56,926 nt of DNA from contig JBGQKH010000001.1 of assembly GCA_041499395.1 (NCBI GenBank), positions 1 through 56,926 on the forward strand, written 5' to 3'. Both the position numbers and the translations under genes were made by a program. The notes beneath the pieces were generated by a model, which had not been told where the DNA came from, did not search any database, and saw only the letters and a list, made by a program, of their open reading frames with translations. The stretch comes from Candidatus Limnocylindria bacterium. GTDB lineage: Bacteria > Chloroflexota > Limnocylindria > QHBO01. This document shows, one piece after another, positions 29,865 to 39,630 of the stretch; the first letter of the stretch is position 1; every line of letters starts with the position of its first letter.

Positions 29865-29901
29865 GCGGAGCGGCCCCTCCGCCAGCCATCGGAGGTCAGG
29901 A

Positions 29902-31026
29902 TCAGACCTTCGGCAGCCTCGTCAGGTCCTGGATCGTGATCAGGATCACCAGCATCATGAGCACCATGAAGCCGGTCAGGTAGATGAGCGCCTCGCGCGC
30001 AGCCGAGAGGCGACGGCGACGAATCGCCTCGATCGCGACCACCGCGATCCGTCCGCCGTCGAGCGGCGGGAAGGGCAGGATGTTCAGCACCGCAAGATTG
30101 ACCGAAAGCACGGCCACGAAGGTGAGCTGCGTGAAGAGCGGCTCCCGCAGCACCTCCCCGGTGACCTGGGCGATCCCGATCGGGCCCATCGCGCCGCCGC
30201 TGTCAGGGGCAAGCCCGAGCAGGCCGGCCACGGCGGTCCCGAGCCCGACGGGGATCTGCGACGCGACGCCGGCCGCCTGGCTGAATCCCTGCCCGATGGC
30301 CTCCAACGGGTTGCCCGCCCGCGCCGGGGCCAGCACGATCGTCGATCGCAGCTGGAACCCGACCGCCCCCAGCCCGGCCGCGCGCTGCGCATCGGTGAGA
30401 TGGCGCGGTCGAACCGTTACGTCGACCGGCGACCCGTCCCGCTCGAGGTTGAGGGTGACGAGGTTCCCCGCCCGGTCGGCGATGTAGCCGATCAGCGTGT
30501 CGCGCAGCGCGAAGTGCTTGCCATCGGCCCCGAGGATCCGGTCGTTTACCTTCAGCACCCCTTCCGCGGGACTGTTGGCCTGGATCCCGGTGACGGTCAG
30601 CGGCGGCGCGGCGATCGGCTCGGGGACGGTGAAGGCCCAGGCGAAGAGGACCGTGGCGAGCAGGAAGTTCATCACCACGCCGGCGACGAGGACGAGGATT
30701 CGGACCCAGATCGGCTTGCGGTTGAAGGCGCCCTGCATCGCCTTCTCGATGGCCGGCTCGGAGAGGCCGCGCTCACGCAGCTTCTCCGCCTCCGACTCGC
30801 CGTCCTCGCCGAGCATCTTCACGAAGCCGCCGAGCGGGATCCAGTTGAGCGAGTAGCGGGTGCCGTGCCAGGTCACCGAGGTGATGCGCGGCGGGAAGCC
30901 GATCCCGAACTCCTCCACCGTGATCCCGGCCCGCTTGGCAGCGATGAAGTGCCCGAACTCGTGGACCAGGACGAGCACGACGAGGATGCCGATGAAGGCG
31001 AGGATCGTCTGGAGCGTCTCCATCAT
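29902..31026 (-). CDS. rseP: RIP (site-2) zinc metalloprotease RseP
   Basis: HEFGHF, PDZ segment, NILPFPPLDGG. Confidence 0.9.
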   Translation of the reverse strand: MMETLQTILAFIGILVVLVLVHEFGHFIAAKRAGITVEEFGIGFPPRITSVTWHGTRYSLNWIPLGGFVKMLGEDGESEAEKLRERGLSEPAIEKAMQGAFNRKPIWVRILVLVAGVVMNFLLATVLFAWAFTVPEPIAAPPLTVTGIQANSPAEGVLKVNDRILGADGKHFALRDTLIGYIADRAGNLVTLNLERDGSPVDVTVRPRHLTDAQRAAGLGAVGFQLRSTIVLAPARAGNPLEAIGQGFSQAAGVASQIPVGLGTAVAGLLGLAPDSGGAMGPIGIAQVTGEVLREPLFTQLTFVAVLSVNLAVLNILPFPPLDGGRIAVVAIEAIRRRRLSAAREALIYLTGFMVLMMLVILITIQDLTRLPKV

Positions 31027-32171
31027 GCTGCGCCACCCAGGCCTAGCTGGACCGAAAGAGCGGCGCGCACCTCCGCGTCGAGCGCAACGATCCCATCGAG
31101 CGTCGGCTCGGCCGCGGCGCCCCAGCGCTCGATCGCCTCCACGATCATGGCCGTGATCCGCGGAAAGCTGATCGTCCCGGCCAGGAATGCGGTCACGGCG
31201 ACCTCGTCGGCGGCGTTGAGGATCGTCCCGCGATTGCCGCCCGCGGCCGCGGCGGCGCGAGCGGCGTCATACGCAGGATAGCTGCCGGGCGCCAGCGGGC
31301 TGAACTGGAACTCTCCCCAATCCTCCGGTGACCCATGCCGAGCCGGCGACGGAAGGCGGTCGGGGTAAGTCAGCGCGTATTGGATGGGGAGGCGCATGTC
31401 GGGGAGCCCGAGCTGTGCCTTGTAGGAGCCATCGGTGAACTCGACCAGCGAGTGCACCAGGCTCTGGGGGTGGATCACGGCCTGAATCCTATCCCAGGGC
31501 ATGCGGTACAGCCATTTCGCCTCGATCGCCTCGAAGGCCTTGTTGACCAGCGTCGCCGAGTCGATCGTGATCTTGGGGCCCATCCGCCAGGTCGGGTGGG
31601 CGAGGGCCTCCGCCGCGGTGACCGTGGCAAGCTCGGCTGCTGGCCGACCGCGGAACGGTCCGCCCGAGGCGGTGAGGATCAGACGCGCCACGTCGCTGAG
31701 CCGTTCCCCCGCCAGGCACTGCCAGATCGCCGAGTGCTCCGAGTCGATCGGCCGCAGACGGTCGAGCGGGTCGCCCCCCAGTCCGATCAGCACGTGCTCG
31801 ATCAGGTGGCCACCGGTGACCAGCGTCTCCTTGTTGGCGAGGGCGACCCGCCGTCCACTGGCGAGCGCGGCGAGCACCGCCGGCAGCGCGGTCATGCCTG
31901 TCGTCGCCACGACCACGATCTCGGCGCCTTCGAGGGTGGCTAACTCCTCGAGGCCGCCCGCTGCCCAGCGCTCGCGGGGCAGGTCGCGCGGCCGCGCATC
32001 GGCGCACCAGGCCCGGGCCGCCGGCCAGGCATCCAGCTGGTTGCCGAAATCGGCCGAGGCGCGACCGGCCGCCAGGCCCACCAGCTTGAACCGGTCCGCA
32101 TGCGCTGCGATCACTTCGAGCGTCTGGCGGCCGATCGACCCGGTCGAGCCCAGCACGACGACCCCGGTCAC
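31023..32171 (-). CDS. dxr: 1-deoxy-D-xylulose-5-phosphate reductoisomerase
   Basis: VLGSTGSIGRQTL, ALANKETLV, IDSEHSAI. GTG 32171 forms a GTGA overlap with the cdsA stop. The 656-aa ORF extension overlaps cdsA and was discarded. Confidence 0.92.
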   Translation of the reverse strand: MTGVVVLGSTGSIGRQTLEVIAAHADRFKLVGLAAGRASADFGNQLDAWPAARAWCADARPRDLPRERWAAGGLEELATLEGAEIVVVATTGMTALPAVLAALASGRRVALANKETLVTGGHLIEHVLIGLGGDPLDRLRPIDSEHSAIWQCLAGERLSDVARLILTASGGPFRGRPAAELATVTAAEALAHPTWRMGPKITIDSATLVNKAFEAIEAKWLYRMPWDRIQAVIHPQSLVHSLVEFTDGSYKAQLGLPDMRLPIQYALTYPDRLPSPARHGSPEDWGEFQFSPLAPGSYPAYDAARAAAAAGGNRGTILNAADEVAVTAFLAGTISFPRITAMIVEAIERWGAAAEPTLDGIVALDAEVRAALSVQLGLGGAA

Positions 32172-33067
32172 AGGCTGAAGCCGGCGACCAGCAGGGCGTA
32201 GCCGACGAGCACGGGGGCGGCGAAGAGGAACGAATCGATCCGATCGAGGATGCCGCCGTGCCCGGGCACGAGGAACCCGGACTCCTTGCGGCCGGCGGCA
32301 CGCTTCACCATCGACTCGGCCAAGTCGCCCGCCTGCGCCGACATCCCGATCAGCGGACCGATCACGAGCGGCTGCCAGGGGTCCAGCCCGACCATCGCGG
32401 CACCGATGCCGGCGGCCACGGTCGCAGCCAGCAGCCCACCGACCAGCCCCTCGACCGTCTTCGATGGGCTGATGTGGTCGATCAGGTGGCGACGGCCGAG
32501 CCACCGCCCGGTCAGGTACGCGCCGGAGTCGTAGCCCCATACGACGAGCAGGAGGAGGAGCAGCCAGGCCGCGCCGGCATGGAGCCCGAGGGCGCCGATC
32601 GGGGTGGCCGAGGAGCCACCCGACGGAGCGAGGTGCCCGACCATGGCGATGAACGGAGCGAGCAGGCCGATGTACGCCACCCCGAACGCGGTCACGGCCC
32701 ACGTCAGGAATCCTTTCCGCGGATCCGACCGGGCGAAGCCGGCGATCCCGAGCACGACCGCCGCGCCGGCATAGGCGACCGTCGGCAGGCCGGGCGGCGT
32801 GCTGGCTCGCAGCATGTCTGCGAGGGTGCCCCCAACGAGGGCCTGGTTTGCGGCCACGAGTCCTGCTGCCGCCACGACGACGCACGCTCCAAGTGCAATG
32901 ACCTGGGGCGGCTCGAAGCCGGCCGCATCGAGCAACGAGATCAGCTCCACCATGGCAAGGAAGACGAGCAGCCCAACCAGGAGCGAGAGCCATGGCTCGC
33001 CCAGCAACGCGATCGCGACGACGATCGGGGCGAGGACCGCGGCGCTGATCAGGCGGGTCGTCAGCAT
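32168..33067 (-). CDS. cdsA: Phosphatidate cytidylyltransferase
   Basis: Multi-TM protein with SMVKRAAGRKESGFLVPGHGGILDRIDS signature. Confidence 0.88.
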   Translation of the reverse strand: MLTTRLISAAVLAPIVVAIALLGEPWLSLLVGLLVFLAMVELISLLDAAGFEPPQVIALGACVVVAAAGLVAANQALVGGTLADMLRASTPPGLPTVAYAGAAVVLGIAGFARSDPRKGFLTWAVTAFGVAYIGLLAPFIAMVGHLAPSGGSSATPIGALGLHAGAAWLLLLLLVVWGYDSGAYLTGRWLGRRHLIDHISPSKTVEGLVGGLLAATVAAGIGAAMVGLDPWQPLVIGPLIGMSAQAGDLAESMVKRAAGRKESGFLVPGHGGILDRIDSFLFAAPVLVGYALLVAGFSL

Positions 33068-33074
33068 CGGCGCA

Positions 33075-33767
33075 TCATGCTCCGTAGCGACGCTGGCGCT
33101 GGGCGTACTCGTCGATGGCGGCGTCGAGATCCGCCTCGCTGAAGTCGGGCCAGAGTGTCGGCGTGAAGACCAGCTCGGCGTAGGCCCCCTGCCAGAGCAG
33201 GAAGTTGCTGGTGCGCTGCTCGCCGCCGGTTCGGATGATCAGGTCAGGGTCGGGCTGGCCGGCGGTGTAGAGGTGCTCGCCGAACCGCTCCTCGTCAATC
33301 TCCGGGGCCGGTACGCCGGCGGCGATCATCGCGCGCGCGGCGTCGATGATCTCGGCGCGTCCGGAGTAGTTGAAGGCGATGTTGAGCGCCATGCGGACGC
33401 CCGCCCGGGTCCGATCTTCAGCCTCCCGAATCGAGCGCACGATGTCCGAGGGCGCCTCGTGAAGGCGGCCGATGACACGGACCCGCACGCCCTGCGCGAC
33501 CAGCTCATCGGTATGCTGTCGGACCGCCCCGTCGATGAGCCCGAGCAGGCCGGTCACCTCGTCGTCCGGGCGGCGCCAGTTCTCACGGCTGAAGACGTAG
33601 AGCGAGAGGACCTCGATCCCCTTGTCGGGCGCGACGCGCACCACCGGGCGGATCGCCTCGACCCCCTGGACATGGCCGGCGATGGCGGGCAGCCCGCGCG
33701 CCGCGGCCCAGCGCCGATTGCCGTCCATGATGATCGCGACGTGTCGCGGATGCTCACGGACCGGCAG
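33075..33767 (-). CDS. uppS: Isoprenyl transferase (undecaprenyl-diphosphate synthase); start codon unresolved
   Basis: MDGNRRWA, FSRENWRRP, IRTGGEQRTSNFLLWQ. The first canonical start is ATG 33728, but the conserved PRHVAII is encoded just upstream. The 5' end is drawn at CTG 33767 and is tentative. Confidence 0.85.
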   Translation of the reverse strand: MPVREHPRHVAIIMDGNRRWAAARGLPAIAGHVQGVEAIRPVVRVAPDKGIEVLSLYVFSRENWRRPDDEVTGLLGLIDGAVRQHTDELVAQGVRVRVIGRLHEAPSDIVRSIREAEDRTRAGVRMALNIAFNYSGRAEIIDAARAMIAAGVPAPEIDEERFGEHLYTAGQPDPDLIIRTGGEQRTSNFLLWQGAYAELVFTPTLWPDFSEADLDAAIDEYAQRQRRYGA

Positions 33768-33771
33768 CGCC

Positions 33772-34329
33772 TCAGACCTCCATCACTTCCGCTTCTTTGC
33801 GCTCGGCACGGGCATCCACCATCTCCGTGAAGCGATCGGTCATGCGCTGGAGCCCCTCGAGCTCGCGGCGCTCCTCGTCCTCGGAGAGGGTCCCCTCTCG
33901 AAGGGCGCGCTTCAGGTGGTCGGCCGCCTCGCGGCGATGGACGCGGACCTCGACCCGTGCCTCCTCGGCGCGGCGGCGGACCTGCTTCACCATCTCGCGA
34001 CGCCGCTCCTCGGTGAGCGGGGGCACGTTGAGTCGGACGACGGTGCCGTCGACGTTCGGCGTGAGGCCGATGTCGCTCTTGATGAGCGCCCGTTCGATCG
34101 CTGACAGGACCGATCGGTCCCAGGGCTGGATCACGATCAGGTGCGCGTCCGGGGTGCTGATTCCCGCGATCCGGTTGAGCGGGGTCGGCGTGCCGTAGTA
34201 CTCGACCTGGATCCGCTCCACGAGGGCCGTCGAGGCGCGCCCGGTGCGCACCCCCGCAAAGTCGCGCTCCATCGCCTCGAGGGAGCGCTGCATCTTCGGC
34301 TCGGCGGCTGCGACGTCGGCGTGGGTCAC
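33772..34329 (-). CDS. frr: Ribosome recycling factor
   Basis: Full-length Frr pattern (..[26 protein letters not shown]..). GTGA overlap with the pyrH stop. Confidence 0.95.
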   Translation of the reverse strand: MTHADVAAAEPKMQRSLEAMERDFAGVRTGRASTALVERIQVEYYGTPTPLNRIAGISTPDAHLIVIQPWDRSVLSAIERALIKSDIGLTPNVDGTVVRLNVPPLTEERRREMVKQVRRRAEEARVEVRVHRREAADHLKRALREGTLSEDEERRELEGLQRMTDRFTEMVDARAERKEAEVMEV

Positions 34330-35072
34330 GAGCTCACCCCACTGTCGATCCGCGTCCCGATTGCCTCGCCGCGCACCGCGCGCAGGATGTTGCCCGGCTG
34401 CGTCATGTCGAAGACCACGATCGGCATCTCATTGTCCATCGCAAGGCTCACGGCCGTGGCGTCGAGCGCCTCGAGCCGGCTGGCCAGGAGCTCGGTATAC
34501 CCGATCCGGCTGAATCGTGTCGCGCCGGGGTGCTTCTCGGGGTCCGCGTCGTAGACGCCGTCCACGCGCGTCGCCTTGAGGATCACCTCGGCGCGGAGCT
34601 CGACCGCGCGCAGGGTGGCGGCCGTGTCGGTCGTGAAGTAGGGGTTGCCGGTGCCCGCCACAAGCACCACCACGCGCCCCTTCTCCAGGTGGCGCACCCC
34701 CCGCCGGCGGATGTACGGCTCGGCGATCTCGTTCATGGCGATCGCGCTCATCACCCGCGTCGGGCAGCCCGCCTGCTCGAGCGCGTCCTGGAGCGCGAGG
34801 CCGTTCATCGCCGTGGCCAGCATCCCCATGTAGTCGGCGGTGGCGCGGTCCATCCCGGCGGATGCGGCCGCCACGCCGCGGAAGATGTTGCCGCCACCCA
34901 CGACGACGGCGACCTCGATCCCGTCACGACGCGCCTCGGCCACCTGGGCGGCGATGCCCCGCACCACCTCGGGGTCGATCCCATAGAGGCGGTCGCCCAT
35001 CAGCGCCTCGCCGGACAGCTTCAGGAGCACCCGGTGCGGGTGGCTGGTCGCGCCGCGAGCCGGATCGGTCAC
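34326..35072 (-). CDS. pyrH: UMP kinase
   Basis: [26 protein letters not shown]. Confidence 0.95.
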   Translation of the reverse strand: MTDPARGATSHPHRVLLKLSGEALMGDRLYGIDPEVVRGIAAQVAEARRDGIEVAVVVGGGNIFRGVAAASAGMDRATADYMGMLATAMNGLALQDALEQAGCPTRVMSAIAMNEIAEPYIRRRGVRHLEKGRVVVLVAGTGNPYFTTDTAATLRAVELRAEVILKATRVDGVYDADPEKHPGATRFSRIGYTELLASRLEALDATAVSLAMDNEMPIVVFDMTQPGNILRAVRGEAIGTRIDSGVSS

Positions 35073-35690
35073 CTACGCGGCCTCCTGGCCGTCGCGCTCC
35101 ACCGTCTCCCCGACCGCCATGCGGGCGAAGCGCGCGACGCGGATATTCTCGCCCAGCAGGGCGATCTTCTCGGTGATCAGGTCGCTCACCCGCTTGTCGG
35201 TGTCGCGGAAGGGCAGCTCGAGCAGGCAGACCGACTCGAGCCACTTGTTCATCTTGCCCTCCACGATCTGCGCCGCGCGGTCCGCGGGTCGGCCGTCGCG
35301 CTCCGCCTCATCAGCGAAGCCGCGTCGCTGCGCATCGAGGACGTCGGCGGGGACCTCGTCCCGGCTCACCCAGCTGGGTGAGAGGCCCGCCACCTGCATG
35401 GCGAGCTCCCGCGCCAGCTGCTGGAAGTCATCGGTCCGAGCCACGAAATCGGTCTCGCAGTTGAGCTCGAGCAGGACTCCCAGGCGTGCGCCATGGTGGA
35501 TGTAGCTGGCGATCACGCCTTCGCGCACGACTCGGTCCGCCTTCTTGGCAGCCACCGAGAGGCCCTTGTCGCGGAGCCATGCGATCGCCTTCTCGACGTC
35601 CCCGGCGCTGTCCTCGAGGGCCCGCTTGCAATCCATGATTCCGGCCCCGGTCTGCTCGCGGAGGCGCTTCACGTCCTCGGGTCTGATCAT
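35073..35690 (-). CDS. tsf: Elongation factor Ts (short form)
   Basis: VKRLREQTGAGIMDCKRALE UBA-like N-terminus. 205 aa. Confidence 0.93.
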   Translation of the reverse strand: MIRPEDVKRLREQTGAGIMDCKRALEDSAGDVEKAIAWLRDKGLSVAAKKADRVVREGVIASYIHHGARLGVLLELNCETDFVARTDDFQQLARELAMQVAGLSPSWVSRDEVPADVLDAQRRGFADEAERDGRPADRAAQIVEGKMNKWLESVCLLELPFRDTDKRVSDLITEKIALLGENIRVARFARMAVGETVERDGQEAA

Positions 35691-35732
35691 CGTGAGTCGG
35701 TCGTTCCTTCCTGTGTCTGGATCGATGCCCTC

Positions 35733-36641
35733 TCAGGCAAGGGTCGGGTCTTCGTCGGGCTCTTCCTCGGCCGCCTCCGCGGCTCGTCGCGCGCGGGCGC
35801 GGCGCTCCTCCTCCTCGTCCTCCTCGGGCTCGGGCTCGAAGACGAGCGCCTCGCCGCTCGCCAGCGCAGCGCTGTAGTCGGCGTCGGCAACAAGGGCAGC
35901 GTCGTCGACTGGCGGCAGCGCCTCGGCCTGCTCGAACTCCTCGTCGAGGCGCGCCTGGCGCTCCGAGTGCGCCTCGAGCACGGCGTCCGCGACCCGGGCG
36001 CTAATCAGTCGCACCGATCGGATCGCGTCGTCGTTGGCGGGGATCACCCAATCGATCTGGTCAGGGTCGCAGTTCGTGTCGGTGATGGCGACGATCGGGA
36101 TCTCGAGCCTGCGCGCCTCGAGCACCGCGATCGACTCGCGATGCGGATCGACGATGAAGATCGCCCCGGGCAGGCGTCGCATGCGACGGATGCCGCCAAG
36201 CGCGCCGTTCAGTTTGACGATCTCCTCGGTGAGCTTTCCCGCCTCCTTCTTCGTGAGGCGCTCGAACTCGCCGGCGTCGCGCCGCGCCTCGAGCGCTTCG
36301 AGGCGCTGGATGCGGCGCTTGATGGTGGTGAAGTTCGTGAGCATGCCGCCCAGCCAACGGTTGTTGACGTAGTGCTGCCCGCACCGCTCGGCCTCGGACG
36401 AGACCGTCTCCTGGGCCTGTTTCTTGGTGCCCACGAAGAGGATGGAGTCGCCGCGGCGGATCGTCTCGCGCACGAATTCGAGCGCGGCATCCAGGCGGGT
36501 CACCGTCTGGGCGAGGTCAATGATGTGAATCCCGTTGCGCTCGCCGAAGATGAAGTCGCGCATCTTCGGGTTCCAGCGCCGGGTCTGGTGCCCGAAGTGG
36601 ACGCCAGCTTCCAGGAGCTGCTTCATGCTGATCGCAGCCAA
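35733..36641 (-). CDS. rpsB: 30S ribosomal protein S2 (acidic C-terminal tail)
   Basis: [25 protein letters not shown] 36641 is preceded by GGAGGA at 6 nt; ATG 36626 is the alternative. The 573-aa ORF extension was discarded. Confidence 0.93.
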   Translation of the reverse strand: MAAISMKQLLEAGVHFGHQTRRWNPKMRDFIFGERNGIHIIDLAQTVTRLDAALEFVRETIRRGDSILFVGTKKQAQETVSSEAERCGQHYVNNRWLGGMLTNFTTIKRRIQRLEALEARRDAGEFERLTKKEAGKLTEEIVKLNGALGGIRRMRRLPGAIFIVDPHRESIAVLEARRLEIPIVAITDTNCDPDQIDWVIPANDDAIRSVRLISARVADAVLEAHSERQARLDEEFEQAEALPPVDDAALVADADYSAALASGEALVFEPEPEEDEEEERRARARRAAEAAEEEPDEDPTLA

Positions 36642-36775
36642 CGTGGTTCCTCCGGTTCTTTCCTCCGCCAGCCTTCGGCTCCCGCAGGTCGACCCGAATG
36701 CGACGGGCACCGTGGACCACGGGATCGGCGGGCGTGTGTGATGGGTTCGAATCGGCCGATGCCGAACCGCGCGGC

Positions 36776-36784
36776 AGTATAGCA
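36776..36784 (-). promoter_or_regulatory. Putative extended -10 (TGCTATACT) for rpsB-tsf operon
   Basis: Lies about 135 nt upstream of the rpsB start, in the divergent spacer. Confidence 0.45.
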
Positions 36785-36935
36785 CCGGCCTCCGGAGGCC
36801 CCGATTCGGCCCACCGGACACCGACCGGCCCTGACGGTACCGAAGTACCCCAGACCCCACCCTCTCGTACCTTGACCATCCGACGATGGCTGCGACGATG
36901 CGAGCAACTGCCCTCTCGGAGGAGTCATCTCCAGG

Positions 36936-38006
36936 ATGCATCGTCACGGATCCCCGTCCATCGTCCGCCTTGCAGCGCTCGTCGCGCTGTTGGCCGTCGG
37001 CGTGGTCGTCGTGCCCGCTGCCGCAACCGACCGCGTGGTCGTCGTGCGACAGGGCGACACCCTCAGCGAGATCGCCCTCCGACACGGCGTGACGGTGGCC
37101 CAGCTGATGGCGCTCAACGCCCTCACTGATCCAAACCGCATCTTCCCGGGCGAGCGGCTCCGACTGGTCGCCGATCCAGCTGCTCAGGCCAGTTCCATGC
37201 AGGTCGCCACGCCGATCGTGCACGTGGTGCGCTCTGGCGAGCACCTGACCGGGATCGCTCATCGCTACGGGACCACCATTGCGGCCATCGTCCAGGCGAA
37301 TGGGATCAAGAACCCCTCGTACCTGCGCGTCGGGCAGCGCCTTGTCATCCCCACCTGGTCGCCGGCATCGGCCCCGACGGCTGCGGTCGTCGCACCGACG
37401 GCGCCGATCGTCCATGTCGTCACCTCCGGGGAGACGCTGACGAGCATCTCGCACCGCTACGGGACGACCATCCCCGCCATCGTGCAGGCGAACGGCCTCT
37501 CGGATGCCTCCTACCTGCGGGTCGGGCAGCGTCTCACGATCCCGGGCACATCGGCCCCGGTGGTCCCGGGGGCGAGCATGCCAGCCGGGATGGCGAGCCT
37601 GGTGAGGTCTCGCGCGCCGATCGGCCAGATCGTCGCGGCAGAGGCGAATGCCGAAGGCGTGCCGGTGGCGTTCGCGCTGGCGGTGGCCTGGCAGGAGTCA
37701 GGCTGGCAGGCCGGCGTGGTGAGCTCGGCGGGAGCCGTCGGCGTCATGCAGCTGACGAAGCCGACCGCGGACTGGGTGGCCCGCAGCATGCTTGACGAGC
37801 CGATCAAGCTGACCGACCCGCGGTCAAACGTGCACGCAGGAATCATCCTCCTGAAGCACTACCTGGCGCGATACCACGGCGACGAGGCGCTGGTCCTGGC
37901 CGCCTACTACCAGGGTCAGACCGCCGCCGATCAGCACGGCATCTATCAGATGACGCGCCCCTACATCGCTTCGGTCCTGACGCTCGAGAGGTACTTCACT
38001 CCCTAA
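36936..38006 (+). CDS. Secreted peptidoglycan hydrolase: 3x LysM + SLT lytic transglycosylase domain
   Basis: Signal peptide ([19 protein letters not shown]), three LysM modules, SLT motif [14 protein letters not shown]. Confidence 0.85.
   Translation: MHRHGSPSIVRLAALVALLAVGVVVVPAAATDRVVVVRQGDTLSEIALRHGVTVAQLMALNALTDPNRIFPGERLRLVADPAAQASSMQVATPIVHVVRSGEHLTGIAHRYGTTIAAIVQANGIKNPSYLRVGQRLVIPTWSPASAPTAAVVAPTAPIVHVVTSGETLTSISHRYGTTIPAIVQANGLSDASYLRVGQRLTIPGTSAPVVPGASMPAGMASLVRSRAPIGQIVAAEANAEGVPVAFALAVAWQESGWQAGVVSSAGAVGVMQLTKPTADWVARSMLDEPIKLTDPRSNVHAGIILLKHYLARYHGDEALVLAAYYQGQTAADQHGIYQMTRPYIASVLTLERYFTP
37035..37544 (+). repeat. Three tandem LysM-coding modules (37035-37166, 37218-37352, 37410-37544)
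   Basis: Modules 2 and 3 are about 70% identical at protein level ([24 protein letters not shown]....[11 protein letters not shown]). Confidence 0.8.
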
Positions 38007-38013
38007 CCGGGCG

Positions 38014-38382
38014 TCACCACTCGTCGATGGCCGGGTGATGCTGGAGCCGCCAGCTCCCATCACCAGCGCGGCCGATGGCCACGAGGTCGATGCGCAGCTC
38101 GCGTCCCGTCACCGCTTCCAGCTCGCGAAACTGGGCGAGCGCTGCCCGTATCCGCAACAGGCGTCTGCGATCGACCGCCTCCGCCGGCTGCCCCGCCCGC
38201 GAGCTGCCCCGAAGCTTCACCTCGACGGCGACGAGCGCCCCGGCCGGGTCAATGGCAACGAGGTCGAGCTCGCCCGCCGAGGTGCGCCACCGGCGTGCAA
38301 TGACCCTCCAGCCGCGCGAGGCGAGCCAGGCGGCCGCGATCTCCTCTCCTCGTTGCCCGAGCACGTGACGGGGGTCCGGCAC
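38014..38382 (-). CDS. yraN: YraN-family (UPF0102) endonuclease-like protein
   Basis: LGQRGEEIAAAWLASRGWRVIARRWR..GELDLVA....LVAVEVKLR. Confidence 0.85.
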   Translation of the reverse strand: MPDPRHVLGQRGEEIAAAWLASRGWRVIARRWRTSAGELDLVAIDPAGALVAVEVKLRGSSRAGQPAEAVDRRRLLRIRAALAQFRELEAVTGRELRIDLVAIGRAGDGSWRLQHHPAIDEW

Positions 38383-38422
38383 GCTCTTCGCTCCTCTCCG
38401 GGAGGCGAGCAGCGATGAGTGG

Positions 38423-39091
38423 CTACTCTTCCGGGTCGATCTGCTCCTGGGTCAGCAGTACCTCGTCGAGCAGCATCTCGAGGGAGAGCTGCTCGCCGGC
38501 GAGGATCAGGCGCAGCGGCGCGAAGGAGCGGCGATGCCACTCGCACGGCCCTTCGCGCATGAGCGCCTCGACGTGCCGCCGCGTGCCATAGCCCTTGTTC
38601 CGCGCGAAGCCGTACGCCGGGTAGCGAGCGTCGAACTCCGCGCAGATCCGATCGCGGGTGACCTTGGCGACGATGCTGGCAGCCGCAATCGAGGCGCTGA
38701 TCGCATCCCCGTCGATGATCGGGCGCTGCGGAAGGTCCACCTGCGGCAGGCTGAGCGCATCGATGACGAGGTGGTCCGGGCGAGTGGTGAGGTGGCCGAG
38801 CGCCTCGCGCATGGCCAGCTTGGTCGCCTGCAGGATGTTGATGCGATCGATCACCTCGACCTCGATGCACCCGACGCCGACGGCATCGGCGCGGTCGAGG
38901 ATCTGCTCATAGAGGGCCTCGCGACGCGATCGGGCCAGCACCTTGCTGTCGCGCAGTCCCTTGATTCGGTGTCGATCGGGCAGGATGACGGCGGCCGCCA
39001 CCACCGGGCCGGCGAGCGAGCCGCGGCCGACCTCGTCGATCCCGGCGATGCTGCGAAAGCCCGCCAGGCGCAGCTCGCGCTCATGACGCAT
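38423..39091 (-). CDS. rnhB: Ribonuclease HII
   Basis: IAGIDEVGRGSLAGPVV, DSK, IIDGD. Start at ATG 39091; the ORF extension overlaps rplS. Confidence 0.9.
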   Translation of the reverse strand: MRHERELRLAGFRSIAGIDEVGRGSLAGPVVAAAVILPDRHRIKGLRDSKVLARSRREALYEQILDRADAVGVGCIEVEVIDRINILQATKLAMREALGHLTTRPDHLVIDALSLPQVDLPQRPIIDGDAISASIAAASIVAKVTRDRICAEFDARYPAYGFARNKGYGTRRHVEALMREGPCEWHRRSFAPLRLILAGEQLSLEMLLDEVLLTQEQIDPEE

Positions 39092-39167
39092 GTCGGCGTC
39101 GCGGGGAGCGGCGGCGTGGCGCTTCACGCGGCGGCGGGACGGGTGCAGGGCGAGGCGGGCCACCCGG

Positions 39168-39518
39168 TCAGCGGCCGGGACGGCGCTCGCGCAGGGTGGC
39201 TGCCTTGCCGATCCGATCACGAAGGAAGTAGAGCTGCGCGCGACGGGCGACGCCATGCCGCACGATCTCGATCTTCTCGACCCGTGGCGCATGGACCATG
39301 AAGGTGCGCTCCACGCCGACGCCGGAGGCGATCCTCCGGACGGTGATCCGCTGGTTGAGTCCGCCGCCACGCAGGCGCATGACCGTCCCCTCGAAGACCT
39401 GGGTCCGCTCGCGGCTCCCCTCGACCACCTTGACCGACACCTTGACGGTGTCGCCGGGCGCGATCTGGGGCACATCACCGCGGAGTTGCTCGCGCTCGAG
39501 CTCCTTGATCAGGTCCAT
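39168..39518 (-). CDS. rplS: 50S ribosomal protein L19
   Basis: [48 protein letters not shown]. Confidence 0.95.
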   Translation of the reverse strand: MDLIKELEREQLRGDVPQIAPGDTVKVSVKVVEGSRERTQVFEGTVMRLRGGGLNQRITVRRIASGVGVERTFMVHAPRVEKIEIVRHGVARRAQLYFLRDRIGKAATLRERRPGR

Positions 39519-39625
39519 GCTGCGGGCGTCCTCGTTACCGCGGCGTTAGCCGCGGGTTACTGGCTTGGTGATGCGCCCGAACCGGGCGCCGAGGCAAGGT
39601 GGGCGACCGACGCGCGGTCGCGGCC
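39519..39625 (-). promoter_or_regulatory. Structured rplS 5' leader (three consecutive GC hairpins)
   Basis: GCGACC-7nt-GGTCGC (39603-39621), GCGCCCG-3nt-CGGGCGC (39573-39589), CCGCGGC-4nt-GCCGCGG (39538-39555), then the GAGGA SD. Confidence 0.4.
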
Positions 39626-39630
39626 GGCGG

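Noticed and set aside
28474-31281. 935-aa plus-strand ORF
   Set aside because: It is antisense to nusA, rseP and dxr. The translation is low-complexity Arg/Asp/Leu/Gly with no motifs.
36741-36756. tRNA-like T-loop sequence GGGTTCGAATCGG in the rpsB/LysM divergent spacer
   Set aside because: The flanks do not form a T-stem, acceptor or anticodon arm on either strand. It is part of the rpsB leader hairpin palindrome instead.
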